Shown here: positions 25,704 through 37,991 of the stretch, in pieces | Layout of the letters: each line of letters begins with the position of its first letter | Numbering within the stretch: the stretch's first letter is position 1 | DNA from: Adineta vaga | Lineage: Eukaryota > Animalia > Rotifera | NCBI GenBank assembly: GCA_021613535.1 | Contig: CP075497.1 | Span: 11,160,001 to 11,224,000 of the forward strand | DNA: 64,000 bases | Reading direction: 5' to 3' | Notes under the pieces: generated by a model | Seen by the model: only the letters and a program-made list of their open reading frames with translations | What the model was told of the DNA's origin: nothing | The model's database searches: none | Position numbers and translations under genes: made by a program

Positions 25704-28475
25704 AGAAGAAAATAAACGAGAAAACTAAGAAATAACAACTGTTAGCCAAATAATGATAGTTGGGGGTGGGCAAACGAATGAATAAACAAAAAGAAGCAAA
25801 GAACATCTCTACAAGCGAAAAGTTCTATTTTTAGTAGATAACATTTGTTCGTTAAAATCATCAAATGAATACCAGATAGTTTATGGACTTGTTCGGTTCC
25901 TCTTCTCTGTTTCTCATCGAGGGTGGATATTACTTAAACAACTTCCGTTCCATTCAAATTATATAAATTATCGTGATAATAGGCATGTCTATGGAATTAT
26001 GAGCACTTGCTAGTTCACTTGAAAACAGGTATCAATAAGTATCTTATAAAACGACGTCTGAGAACAAATCTATTTTTCAGGTCAATATTAAAAATTAAAA
26101 CTTTTCATACACAAATGAAATTCTTGTTTTGTTCTGTACTACGTTGATAATTAAACAGATGGAAAATGAGTAAAATACAATGAAGAATAAAGAAAAGAAA
26201 AGAAAAGAACTTCTGATACGGAAAATGTGATATAACATCAGTGAAAATTCTATACATTTGATAAAAATAAGAAGTCTATAAGATCTGATAACCTTTGCAA
26301 GAGAAAATGTCTGCTTTCTTTATTTTATTTGATGCAATTTCATCCTTATTCTCTGACATATTCATATCCGGTCGACTCGTTTTGTTCATGATTTAAATTA
26401 GAAACAAAAAGACCATGGTTATTTGCTAAGCATGTGATAGCGATTATATTTCATGAATGAACCTGATTTAGCTAATAAGTTCAAATGCATCTAATACGCT
26501 CGTCTCATTTGAATTCTTATGAAAATTTAACGAAGAATAAGATCTTTTCATCGCCTACTCTCTAAATCTCGAATGAAGTTGATTTGACTTCTATATCTCT
26601 ATCTTTCTCTCCCAAGGATTCTTATCATTCATGCTGACGTCAGGTATAATAAATAGAGCTATCTTTTTTCTCAGCAACAGACGGAAAAATAATAATAAAA
26701 AACAATAAAATTTGATCAAATATGTATGTTTAAGATCGACCATGTGTTTTAGAAAAACATATCTACATTAATATTAATAAAACAATAGTTTACTTCATAT
26801 CTATCATCCTGTCAGTAAAATTTCATATAAAAAAAAACAATAATAACATTATCGTCAGTATGCTATTCGATAATGTATATGAGTACGTAAAAGAAAGCAG
26901 TAGGTAATCGAAATGATATCCAGTCATTAGCTATTAACTGTGTGGGAGAAATATGAAATGAAGGGAAAGACGATTTTGGTCTGAACAAGAAAAATACATG
27001 TAAAAATAATATCCCTAAGGCAATACGAGTTGAAGAAGAGAATCAACCATTAGAAGGCGACAAATTACCTAAAAAAAAAGTTGCCTTTGGTTAAATAGAA
27101 AAAAAAACAAATTTTTTCTGACATCATTGAATTGGTATGTATAAATATCGGGAAAAGAAATCAGAGATTCGTTTGTGTGTTCGTGACGAAGAATCAAATG
27201 AGTCAAATTTTGCATTTTCAAACTGGACAAAAATATGCGAAGAAGAAGAAGAGAAAAAAAAACATTCGATTCGGTTATATACAGGAAGGAATAAATAGTA
27301 AATATCGTGACAATGTGGAGGCGGTGGCATAAATAAGAAAAAACAACTAACTCGACAAATATATCGTGTTCTTATCTCAATAATGTCACTTTCTTTTTTC
27401 TTCTTTCAATGTTATCAGTTCGATGTTTGAAATGAATTAATCATTCTTGCTTTGTATTCGAAAGACTGATGCTGACTAATTCATCAATCTTGTTCACTAC
27501 TTTCGGTAGAAAGCAGAGAGGAAAAGAAACGATAAAACGAATGATATACATATAAATTATCTGTCTATTTCAACATACCATTGAACATTTCAGTTGATCT
27601 GTTGCGCGTAAATGTTAAAAAACTTCCAAGTACTTCAGTAAAAAATCGCAAAGAGAAACAAACAAAAAGATGAATTTTTTGTGGATGAATGCACTTTCAT
27701 ATGAACTGAAAAGTAACATAACGTGCACATGCAAACAAGGCCAACTAATACAAAGGCGATAGGAATATAAGACGCTTGTTTGAAGTACTTCAATGACTGT
27801 TACTTCTGTCGTTGTTTTACTAACAGGAATAGTAGTAATGTCGTCAGTAACGATAGCAGCTATAGCGATACGGCAATGTCGAGTTTATAAGTAAGAAAAA
27901 AAAGTGAAGAAAGTGTACGAGAAAAACACGCGTACAAAAACAAGACCAGACTATACCTCCCTTTTGTTCTTCCGTTCTTCTTAGCGTTTCGCTTTTTTTT
28001 CTCTTGACAAGAAGAAGGAGAAGAAGAAAAAGAAAAGAAATCGACGTGTTTCTGTCTTTTTTCCTTTGACTTGTCCTGCACTAATAACACGCCCTCGATC
28101 AAAGCAAATGCGTAGGAGTTGAAGATATGTTTTGATGCAAAAATACTCGCAATAAGTCCTTTTAATATTACATCCCTCGAACAAATTTATTATGCTCAAA
28201 CATACTTATAAAACTCAGAACAATTGCATCGTTATACACGATGGAATTACACCTATCATTATTCATCTTTTCGAAAGACCTAGAATATTCCTAAGAGAGA
28301 AAAAAAAAGGGATTCTTTCTTTTTAAAAGTAGACATTCTCTTATAATAAAATTCAGTTTTTTATTTCTTTATATCTGTATAATATTCTATATATTATTAA
28401 TAAAATATAGATCAAAGTTGTTTGTCAATGTCGACATCAATCAAGTCGAGACTATCTCGAAGATTTCCTTTGTAT

Positions 28476-29402
28476 TTATTTCAAAGTAGCACGTAAAATT
28501 GTCTTAACAAACAATGGAACATGATCAGAAAGCATCGTTATATCAATAGATGAATATAATTTTTTCATATTTAATCCATGTAAAAACTCTTTTATCGTCC
28601 ATTGTGATCGACGATCTAAGAGAATATAATCAATTTTATCTTTTAACTTTTCACCACATTCCGACCATGTAGGTCGAGAACTATCCAAAGATTGATCATC
28701 AAAGAAATCTTGATATAAATTTGTTAATGTTGTTGATGTTTGATTTCCATTGAAATCACCTAGAAGTATAGTTGGATAGTATGGATCTTTTTTATACCAA
28801 TCGAGAATTGTGTTAGCTTGTTGTAAACGAATTCTTTCATCCGTTTCATGATGATCAAGATGAATTGAACATGCTCGAAAAGTGAGATTTGTATGTCGAG
28901 ATTGAATTGTTAAACAAAGTGCATTTCGAGGTTCAAGACCAAGTGGTAATGAAAGAATTTCTACGGAAATAATAACGAATTTACGATGATTTAAAAGTAT
29001 AGCTGAACCATATTGCATTTGAACATCATTATCGAATAGAGTTGGACTAAATGTAAATGTCATATCCAGTTGTTGAGCTAGATAAGATGCTGTAGAGATT
29101 TCTCGTTCGTTTGGCATTGATGATGGTGATTCTTGAACTTCTTGAATTGCAATTAGATCAGGTTCATATTGACGAATATGTTCAGCGATCATTGCTAAAT
29201 TTGTTCGAACGAAATCAGCTCGATTAGTAAAAGATTTCGTGTTTATTGTTCGACGAAAATCTTCATTTAATTTTAATTTATCTTCATAACAATTATATCT
29301 TCCACGCATAACATTGTATGTCATCAATTGAATTGGTAGTTCTATTCTAATTGCTTTAATTAAATGGATGATTAAAAGAAATTTTATCAAAGAATTAATC
29401 AT
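28476..29402 (-). CDS. Intronless secreted endonuclease/exonuclease/phosphatase (EEP) family hydrolase, bacterial-like
   Basis: Likely start MINSLIKFLLIIHLIKA (signal-like). Catalytic motifs MTYN, IAIQEV, QYGSAIL, LPLGLEPRNAL, IHLD, LGDFN, KIDYI, SDHVPL. No introns. Confidence 0.88.
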   Translation of the reverse strand: MINSLIKFLLIIHLIKAIRIELPIQLMTYNVMRGRYNCYEDKLKLNEDFRRTINTKSFTNRADFVRTNLAMIAEHIRQYEPDLIAIQEVQESPSSMPNEREISTASYLAQQLDMTFTFSPTLFDNDVQMQYGSAILLNHRKFVIISVEILSLPLGLEPRNALCLTIQSRHTNLTFRACSIHLDHHETDERIRLQQANTILDWYKKDPYYPTILLGDFNGNQTSTTLTNLYQDFFDDQSLDSSRPTWSECGEKLKDKIDYILLDRRSQWTIKEFLHGLNMKKLYSSIDITMLSDHVPLFVKTILRATLK

Positions 29403-31929
29403 TCTACTCAACTTATAACTTCGAACAAGAATGATCAAATGTGCTTGATGTTTTAACAAAGAATGGAAATGATTTCTTTTTACTTCGATATAAAGAGGAA
29501 GAAAATGAAGACGAATCCTTTGAACTTTTTGTCACTTTATTTGCACGAAAAAACACGATCATTTGTACTATTTCAATTCATCCTATACAATACGTTTGAT
29601 GATAATTGAAAAGGTCTCTTCGTATCAAATTCAATTTGAACATAAAACGAGGAATACGATTACATATGATCAAACAACGTTTCATCTTATATAACAAATA
29701 TTGATTTTTATATCATAATGAAGCTTATTTTCAAAGTAAAATTACCATTTTGGATTAGATTTAATCTAGTGAATAAACTCGTTTACTATAAACATTAATT
29801 GATTCTAATCGAGGCATTATCAAGAGACTTATTTCACATGTCATCAACTGATTTTAGATTTTACCCGAGAGAAATTAACGGAAATATTTTTTGATTTTCT
29901 GAGCAAATTCATTCGAATAGCAGGCATTGTCTTTTTCTCGTTAGTTTCTTTTTTTTCATGCTAACAACATTGACAGAAGGAAAAAAAAGAGCGAGTTCAT
30001 TTTCTTCTATTCAATAGTCGTTCGATTTTGTGAAATATGCGGTTAATATTTCTTAGTATCGTTTAAAAATATTCAACGATGTAAGTCACTTTTCTTTTTT
30101 TTATAAAAATTCGATCGAATTGATCAATATGCATAAAACGAATGTTTACATTATAGTTGTTAAGAAAAATCCAGGTAAAAACAAAAAGTGAAGTTAGATA
30201 AGTGATTTCTCTACGGAATACCTGTTGTGTATCATTGAATTGTATGCGATTAGTTTGACTTGTCGAAAATGAATAATTACAACATAGAGATCTACAAATA
30301 ATAAGTATTGATCTTATTCTTTTCTTTAACTCGAACACGCCATGATGTAGTTTTTATTCTTTCTTGTTTTAGAGAAAAGAGTATTTCAATTATATAATTA
30401 CATTGCATAAGTATCTGCGTTTTTTTCTTCTTGTATTGCAAGAATCCATTATCTTTAGATAAATGTAAACAAAAGATGCGTTAGAAAAATCTAAAGACTC
30501 TGTCTTTTTTTTATTACTAAATGACTTTGATAGTACCCATTCATTATGTATTCACTTGTGCATGTTCGTTTTCTTCTTCTTCATCTTTTCAAAGTTGATT
30601 AGATCATTTTCGAGAATATGTTACATCTAAGTCTTATATAAAAACAACTCCTTATAATTTACCGACATTGTTCTAGATGAAAGTTCAGTTTGTCATCCGT
30701 TGATTCTATAATTTACCCTGACAGATATAATCATGAAATTAATGACGAAAAAGTCCATTTGTATTCTCGATTATTAAAATTCAACAGAGAGAGAACAAAA
30801 AGAGGATTAACAAAAGAGAAGTATTCATTCATCATGCAAGCAATAAACAAGAATATTGTTGGAATTCTATTAGCTAAATTTGAATTATTCGAGAGATATA
30901 CATTGTATAAAAGAAAAACAAAATCATATATTTCTACGCTTCAACAGATACTTTCATCGTTTATCTTAAGTCAATCGAGTATTGTCAATCATATGAGCAT
31001 CACGTCGTTCTTTTCGCACATGTTTACTTTGTACTTAGATGAAAAGAAACATTTGACAAAGGTAAGTACGTATATACCAACTCGACAACATCGTTTGTCT
31101 TTTTAAAGGATTCTTTTCTTTTCAAACTACTCGATGTTTTTCATTAGAAGAGAATCATACTACTTATTTTCCTACAGACTAAAGTACTTTTCTTTTCTTT
31201 TTTTGTTAGCAATTAACAGACAATTTCGGCTAGTTTTCTTCTGAAGACTAGAAGAAAAACAAGATTTGTTTATCAATAGAATATCTCGACAATGTTTTAA
31301 AAATGACAGTTCCTATTAGAATTGATTAGATTAAATGAAAGATAATCAGATCTAGTGAAGCTTTACGTATTTATCTTGATAGTAGATTCTTAACCTGGAT
31401 GTTTATAGAATATTTGTTATGCATGCATGATTTCTTTTTTTGCGAGCAAGTTTTTTCAAGCACAACATTTGATAAGTGCATCAAAGATTGAGTATATAGA
31501 AGACATTTACTGTTAATTTTGTCAAATATTGAGAAATTTATTAACTTGAAGGAGAGAAATCATTTCATTGAGTGACTTCTTCGAAGTGATGAGATTACCA
31601 TTATTGACATATTTCATATTTTTAATAGATAACAAAACGGATATAGAAGTACTTGGATAGTTTTTGAGTATTATTATTCTTCTTCTTCTTTTCTTTTTCT
31701 CAGTTCTTTTGATTACCATTCGTTAGAAAACATACTGCATGTCAAAAAGAAAGCAAACGAACAAAGATATATTATATTTTTATCCTATAGAAAACTATTG
31801 TAGTTTTATTGAGCAGCTTTCAGCTGTGATTTTGTTTATTTACATAATATAAAATAAGAAAATGTTGTTTTTAGACTACATGTATTTTCTATCTTGTCAC
31901 ATCTCTTCACAATAGTTGCAGCTTTCAAC

Positions 31930-33933
31930 ATGTTGAATAAAACTTCGGTCGAACAAAGTACAATGCGACATGTTCTCAATATCCTTCTACAATTATCTTT
32001 TCCATACATTGTCATTGTTTCGGCTATTGGTATTTGTGGAAATTTTTTAACTATAATTCTTCTATCAAAACGATCGATTTCCAAAAATTTCAATAATTGC
32101 ACATTAATTTCTCTTGGTAATTGATTTTCTTCGAAAAACTTTCGATTAAACTATTCAATTTGTTTCTTCTCTTTAGCATTAACTGATCTTCTTTTTAATT
32201 TCATGCTTGTCTCTCGTTGTGTCACCGATTTAACTCAATCACATAGTGAACAATTATGTCGATTATTATCATTTCTTTCACAATTAGCTGAATTACTATC
32301 GGCTTGTTTTACAGCTCAATTTACAGCTCAACGTTTCATTGCTGTTCGATTTCCATTAAGTGTTTTCATTGAAAAAAAAATTCATTTAATTCATTACTTA
32401 GTTGTTTCTCTTTCCATCATAATCGGTATTATCTATTGTATATATCTTGTGAAAAATACGGAATATGAAGATTGTCATGAAGAATTACTATTAGCATGGT
32501 TTTTATCTGATACATTATTATCCTTTCTTATTCCATTTACTATTATTACAGTATTAAATATTTTGATAATAAGTCATCTAAAAAAAGGCTTTCAAAATAA
32601 TCAACAAATCCGTTTTAGAAAACGGAACGATCAATTAGAGATTATTCCATTGAATTTACAAGCAAAAAATTCCACAGCGACCTATGAATTCAAGTTAAAA
32701 AGACATTTTCGACCGAGAATCTATGAAAATCTCATTGCTTCAACTTCAAAGGTATGATAAATATTAGTACAGATCTTTCATTTTCCCGTTCTCGAAGATT
32801 TCTCAATAGACATGAGTTTGAAAAAGAGAAGAGAAATCAATTCTCAATTGAATAAATTATTCATAATCTTTCTTTCTTTATTAAACAAACAAATACTTTG
32901 ATTAACGATGATTAACTAAAAAATTTTGTTTCGCTAATGAAACTATTCTTCATTAACTCAAATGTCGATTCAAAATTACTAATTAAAATATTGTTCGAAA
33001 GAACAGAAATAGAAATGAAAAACATCTTTTTCTTCCGGAAATCTGAAATATATATATAGACACAATCATAGAAAAGATACATCCTAAACTATCAAATAAA
33101 TGTCAATGTTCTGGTTTAATAATTGACAAAAAAAAACAGGAATAAATTTACTAGGTCAAATAGTGTTTTTCTCAAAGTCTAACTTGCATACTAATTATTG
33201 ATGGTTTCAAATGGTTGTCATTCAATAGCTGACATCTCATATCTCTAATCATGCATAGAGTTCATCTGTAAACTCGAACTGAACATAATAGTTTTTAAAT
33301 AGGTCATTTCTATTAATCAATAGTATCATAGTTATCTTTTTTTTTCTTAATGACATGAGAAAAAAACAAATATTATTACATCTTTGTACTTAATAGGGTT
33401 CAATTCTTAAAAAACATCCCCATGATGGTTGTCTAGGGGTTAATGGACGTCCTCGTTCTGTCGATCTTATACAACGTCCATCGTCAATCCGTTCAAAAAG
33501 TCAATCCTATCGCGTTACTCGTATGCTTATTCTTGTTTCAACATCATTTTTACTACTCAATGCACCATTTCACATCTGTACAATTGGTTTGAAAATCTAT
33601 TCACATAAACAATCAGAAATATCTCATCAAGTGTCGGATGATGTTATACAATATAATCAAACTTCGTCGATATATACCGATGAAATTGATTTACTTCATC
33701 AAACAAGAAGATTATCTAATGAAAATGAAATGTATAATCATTTGAAACGAATGGAATTTATTTATTTACTTATTGTTATTACTCAGTATATTTCGTATGC
33801 ATCATATTCAATTAATTTCTTTCTTTATTCATTATGTGGAATTAAATTCCGTCGTGAACTTATAAGATTTATATCAAGAAAACGTCGATCGTTAGGAACA
33901 TCACGTTCCGTAACTGTACAAAATACATTATAA
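31930..33933 (+). CDS. Class A GPCR, peptide-receptor-like (FMRFamide/sex-peptide receptor grade)
   Basis: GICGNFLT (TM1), LALTDL (TM2, across intron about 32117..32176), AQRFIAVRFPL (DRY variant), FLIPF (TM5), RVTRMLILVS..LLNAPF (TM6), SYSINFFLYSLCGIKFRREL (TM7). Long intron about 32752..33397. Confidence 0.88.
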
Positions 33934-34477
33934 TGAATCAGTCAAAACTTAAGCATTTCTAATCTTTACATGTTGTTTTCTTAATTGTTGTCTTTCGAAA
34001 TAGAAAATTAACTCATACTCAGTATTTTCTTAAGAATCATTCTTTCCAATCTATAGTAATTGAATTTGACAACTAAAAGAAAGAACTTGTTATTTATATG
34101 ATATATATATATATATCAGATGAATTATGCACGATATATGTTTATTCTCAGGTGAAATGCGTTCTGATGACTATTTCTAGAGAAAAACAATCATTTAATT
34201 CAAGAACTCTTGAACTCTATCTTCTTCTTTAGACTTGATGTGTCTGATAGTTTATTAATTTTCATGAGATTTTATCGTTCTGAGATTAAACTAGCTCTGG
34301 ATTCATTTGTTTTTTTTTCTTTTCCAAATCATTCATGAACAACAAGAAGTGAAAACGAAGTCCGCTACTATAAGAAAAACATTCTATTAAATCTGATAAA
34401 TTTTTATGGAAAAATGTTCATCGGCTGGATTAATTTAAAAAAAAAAAAAAACCCGTAGAAGAACAGTTTTGAAGATT

Positions 34478-36237
34478 TTATTGTTGTTCAAGACATAGAT
34501 GAGCTCGTTGACGAACCATTTCGATCCAATCAATTCGATGTTGCGTTTCTTTCAATGCAATATTTAATTCATCCTCAATACTTTTATAAATATTACAATC
34601 ACTTGAACAAAGTGCTTTTTGATATTCAACAGCCGCTGGATTATCCGACATGATCAATGTTAACATATTTGGTTTGGAAAAATGATTTAATTCTTCGTAT
34701 TTTTTTGTTGTTTGTTGAATACAATTTAAAAGTCGTTGACGATTTGAATCTTCGTCCATTAAACGTTTGTCAAGTTGGTCAAGAAGAATACGAAGTTTCA
34801 TTTGATCATTTTTATAATCAATCGATTGATCTGTTGAAGGAAATAATTCAGGATAGATCGATGTATCTTCATGATGATCAATTTTATTATTCAACGGTTC
34901 GATATGTTTTTGTAAAACTCTAAAGAAAAAAATATTTGAGAAAGTGATTTGAAAATATTTAGATTTACTCGTATTTCTCATTTGTTTTCGATGCTATCGT
35001 TGTTGATGGCGTAGGAATACTTCCATTGGCATTGTTTGAGTTTCCTTATTTGGTTTGATCTTTCGTTGAGGTATTTCTGGCATTGGATTATAATCTGAAC
35101 GAGGAGTAAATGTTATAGTTGGCATAGGTGTTACTTCCGACGGATTTTTATTGTTTCGATTTGTTTGAGGATAATTCTCCATCATAATTGTTTCCAGTTC
35201 AAATAGTTTTGTACATAATTGTAAAGCATATTCAAATTTAGCGACAACATCTGGTATTAAACGAAGAATATAAGTCATATGATGATCATGAAATGGTACA
35301 GATGTTAAAATTGCTTTTTCACTTTCTTCCCAAAGATCCGAAAGATTGGCATTATATTCATCGTAGAGTAAAATTTGTAAATGTTCATTCGTTTGTCTCA
35401 ATTGAGATTTGAGATCAATTGCTTGTCGTATATGTTTATGACGAACTTTTGATAATCGACTTCGAGGAGAAAATTTACCATGAGCCATTGGAAGATTGGA
35501 TTGTTGTTCAAGATCATTTTCATGAAAATCAATTACGAGTGTTGTGACTAATAATTCTGCTTGAAAGGTCGAATGACAACGACGAAGTTCAGATAATTGT
35601 TGATGAAATTGTTCGATAATCAGTAAAACCTTCTTATTATCACGAACATTTTTACCTAGATGACGAGCAAATTCATCAATTGTATTCAAATTATAACTTG
35701 CATAGGATTGAAAAACACGTGCACAAACTTTTAGTGCATCATGAAATGCAATTGCATTATAATTCTGAATAGTTCGTCGAATTCGTCGATGTAAACCAGT
35801 AAATAAATGTTCTAATGAATAAGCATTATCAATTGATTGCGTACTATTTACTGAAATTGGACGATGGGATGTGTTTTGTAATTGTTGTTGTCGATGTGAC
35901 ATATCACCTAGGTAACAAGAAATATAGGATATGCGTTTGTCAATCCTTGAGTTTATTGAGAAAAGAAATTTCATGTCATAATATCATGAGAAAATCTTTC
36001 ATATATATATGAGATAGTAATTAGTTCATCAATCTGTTTGATACAAGTAGAAAAGAGAAAAAATTTCCGCACGAGTAAATTATGATTTAATTTAACAAAG
36101 TAAAATTAGTTCTATTAACAAAGACGGTTTTTTTTCTTTCTCTTCATTCTTATGATAAATATTCACAAACCTAAATTAGGCAAAATCGCTGGAAGACGCG
36201 TTGAATTTGTATTATTTCGTCTTGATGCAATCATCAT
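34478..36237 (-). CDS. Uncharacterised helical/coiled-coil protein, 3 exons
   Basis: Exon 1 MMIASRRNNTNSTRLPAILPNLG (from 36237) splices to GDMSHRQQ in the 326-aa ORF, then to the 167-aa ORF. No recognisable domain. Confidence 0.7.
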
Positions 36238-36827
36238 TGACTATTCTAATATAATAGAAGTAGAATTGTAATCGGAGAATGAGTATGTAAAAGGTTTGTC
36301 AAAATTGCATGCAAATAAACGAACGGAACGGAAGAAATTGCGGCACACATCAATCTCGAACATACACGGCAGGCAATAATTCAGGAACATATTTCTCTCT
36401 CTCCCTCATTTCTTTGTCTTGACAGAACTATCGGAGCTTTTCTCTCTCTCTCGTTATATACAGATTCTTTAGTAAGAAATGAAAGAGATCGGAATCCAAA
36501 TGATTGACTGAGAGATTTAATCAATGTCGACAAAGAGCAAAAAAGGAATAAATATATGCATAACAAGTTGAATTGAGAATCGAACACGATTTGATGAATT
36601 AGTTAAATATTTCGAGAAGATTATCAATCGATTTAATGGAATAAAACATCAGTTTTAATTCTTTTCAGCATACGTTCTTTCCCATTTCCCATTTTTCTTT
36701 GTATTATGTTCTTTTTGGAACTTCTTCTTTTTCTTCTTCGTCTTCTTCTTCTGTTTCTGCTCTTTTTCTCTTACACGTCTCAACCAAATCATTGTCACTC
36801 GCTAGTCATCGTCATTACAGGTTGCCA

Positions 36828-37163
36828 ATGTTAACAGACATATTTCTTATTAAATTATTAGTCGAAACAAAAAACATCATCTTATTATTTATTTTATTGA
36901 TTATTATTTTTCAAATTCCATCATCGAGCGACGCTGGAATTTTATTTTTTCATAAAAAACTCGATAAAACCGCTCGATTTCATTCGAATCAACAGCAAGG
37001 TAGTGCTTCACCCATGCCTGGAATGGTCTGGACACATTTTCAATGTGATCCAAAAATAAGTCCATTTATTGGCGTTGGTTTTGGTTGTTATTGTCCTGGT
37101 ACATGGTGTTCAAATAATGCCGAATGTTGTTCACAAATGTGCTATAAGAAAACTTGTTATTAA
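36828..37163 (+). CDS. Small secreted Cys-rich peptide with a knottin (ICK)-like C-terminus
   Basis: ATG at 36828; hydrophobic IILLFILLIIIFQIPSSSDA; C-terminal CDPK..GCYCPGTWCSNNAECCSQMCYKKTCY* with 8 Cys including a CC doublet. Confidence 0.75.
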   Translation: MLTDIFLIKLLVETKNIILLFILLIIIFQIPSSSDAGILFFHKKLDKTARFHSNQQQGSASPMPGMVWTHFQCDPKISPFIGVGFGCYCPGTWCSNNAECCSQMCYKKTCY

Positions 37164-37991
37164 GCTTTCAACCGAACTATTTTCATTTTGATTTCAACTC
37201 GGTGTTAATTGAACAGAAAAGCAAATAGAATGTAATATTCTAAAAACTAAAAAGAAAAACAAACGAGAAGCAAAATTTTCTTTTTATATTGTCTTAGTTT
37301 TCTTTTCTAAAGGAATATCATTGTGATGAAAATGAGTTTTCTTTTTCTCTGTCATTAATCGTTATTTTTCTAATATAAAATAATCAAAGGTTTCTTTGAT
37401 GATAAATATCGGATGTTATTAATCTTTTCGAAACGAAAGAGAACGACATATATTCAAGAATCATTGTATTTGATACAATTCCAGAAGAAAGATTTCCTTT
37501 CATTTTCGTATTATCATATCAAGTTTTTTCAATCTTGGAATAAGTTGACAGGTAACCGTCAAAGATAATACAACTATATATATATATAAAAGAAATGAGA
37601 AATATTCTGTGAAACGTGAAATCTCAGTTGTCGTTATAGAAGAAAACATATAAGAACAGCTTATGGCAAAAAGTGCAAATATATATAGATATTTACAAAG
37701 TTTTCAGTTCTTTTTATTCTTATAGAAAACTGTCTCTGCGTACAATCATCTAACACCTATATAATCTTTATAATGTGTTAGAAGAGTTTATCTAGAAATG
37801 AGTAAGAAAGAAGTTATTATTTGATCAGAATAGATTAAACTTTCGATTTATTAATTAAATTCGAATATTTAATTATAACAGAATTTATTAACAGTTGACA
37901 TCAGATATTGTTAAAAGACAGTCTTCTCTTCTTTTGAATGAATTCAATCATTTGTCAAAAAATCATCTCCTAGTCAAACATTACTTTTCTT

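Noticed and set aside
22399-26642. CRE palindromes TGACGTCA flanking klu (22399, 26635; also 2966)
   Set aside because: Isolated 8-mers; plausible but not distinguishable from chance without conservation data.
30690-31106. 138-aa + strand ORF
   Set aside because: TTG start and no motifs; more likely promoter or 5' UTR of the downstream GPCR (gtaagt donor near 31062).
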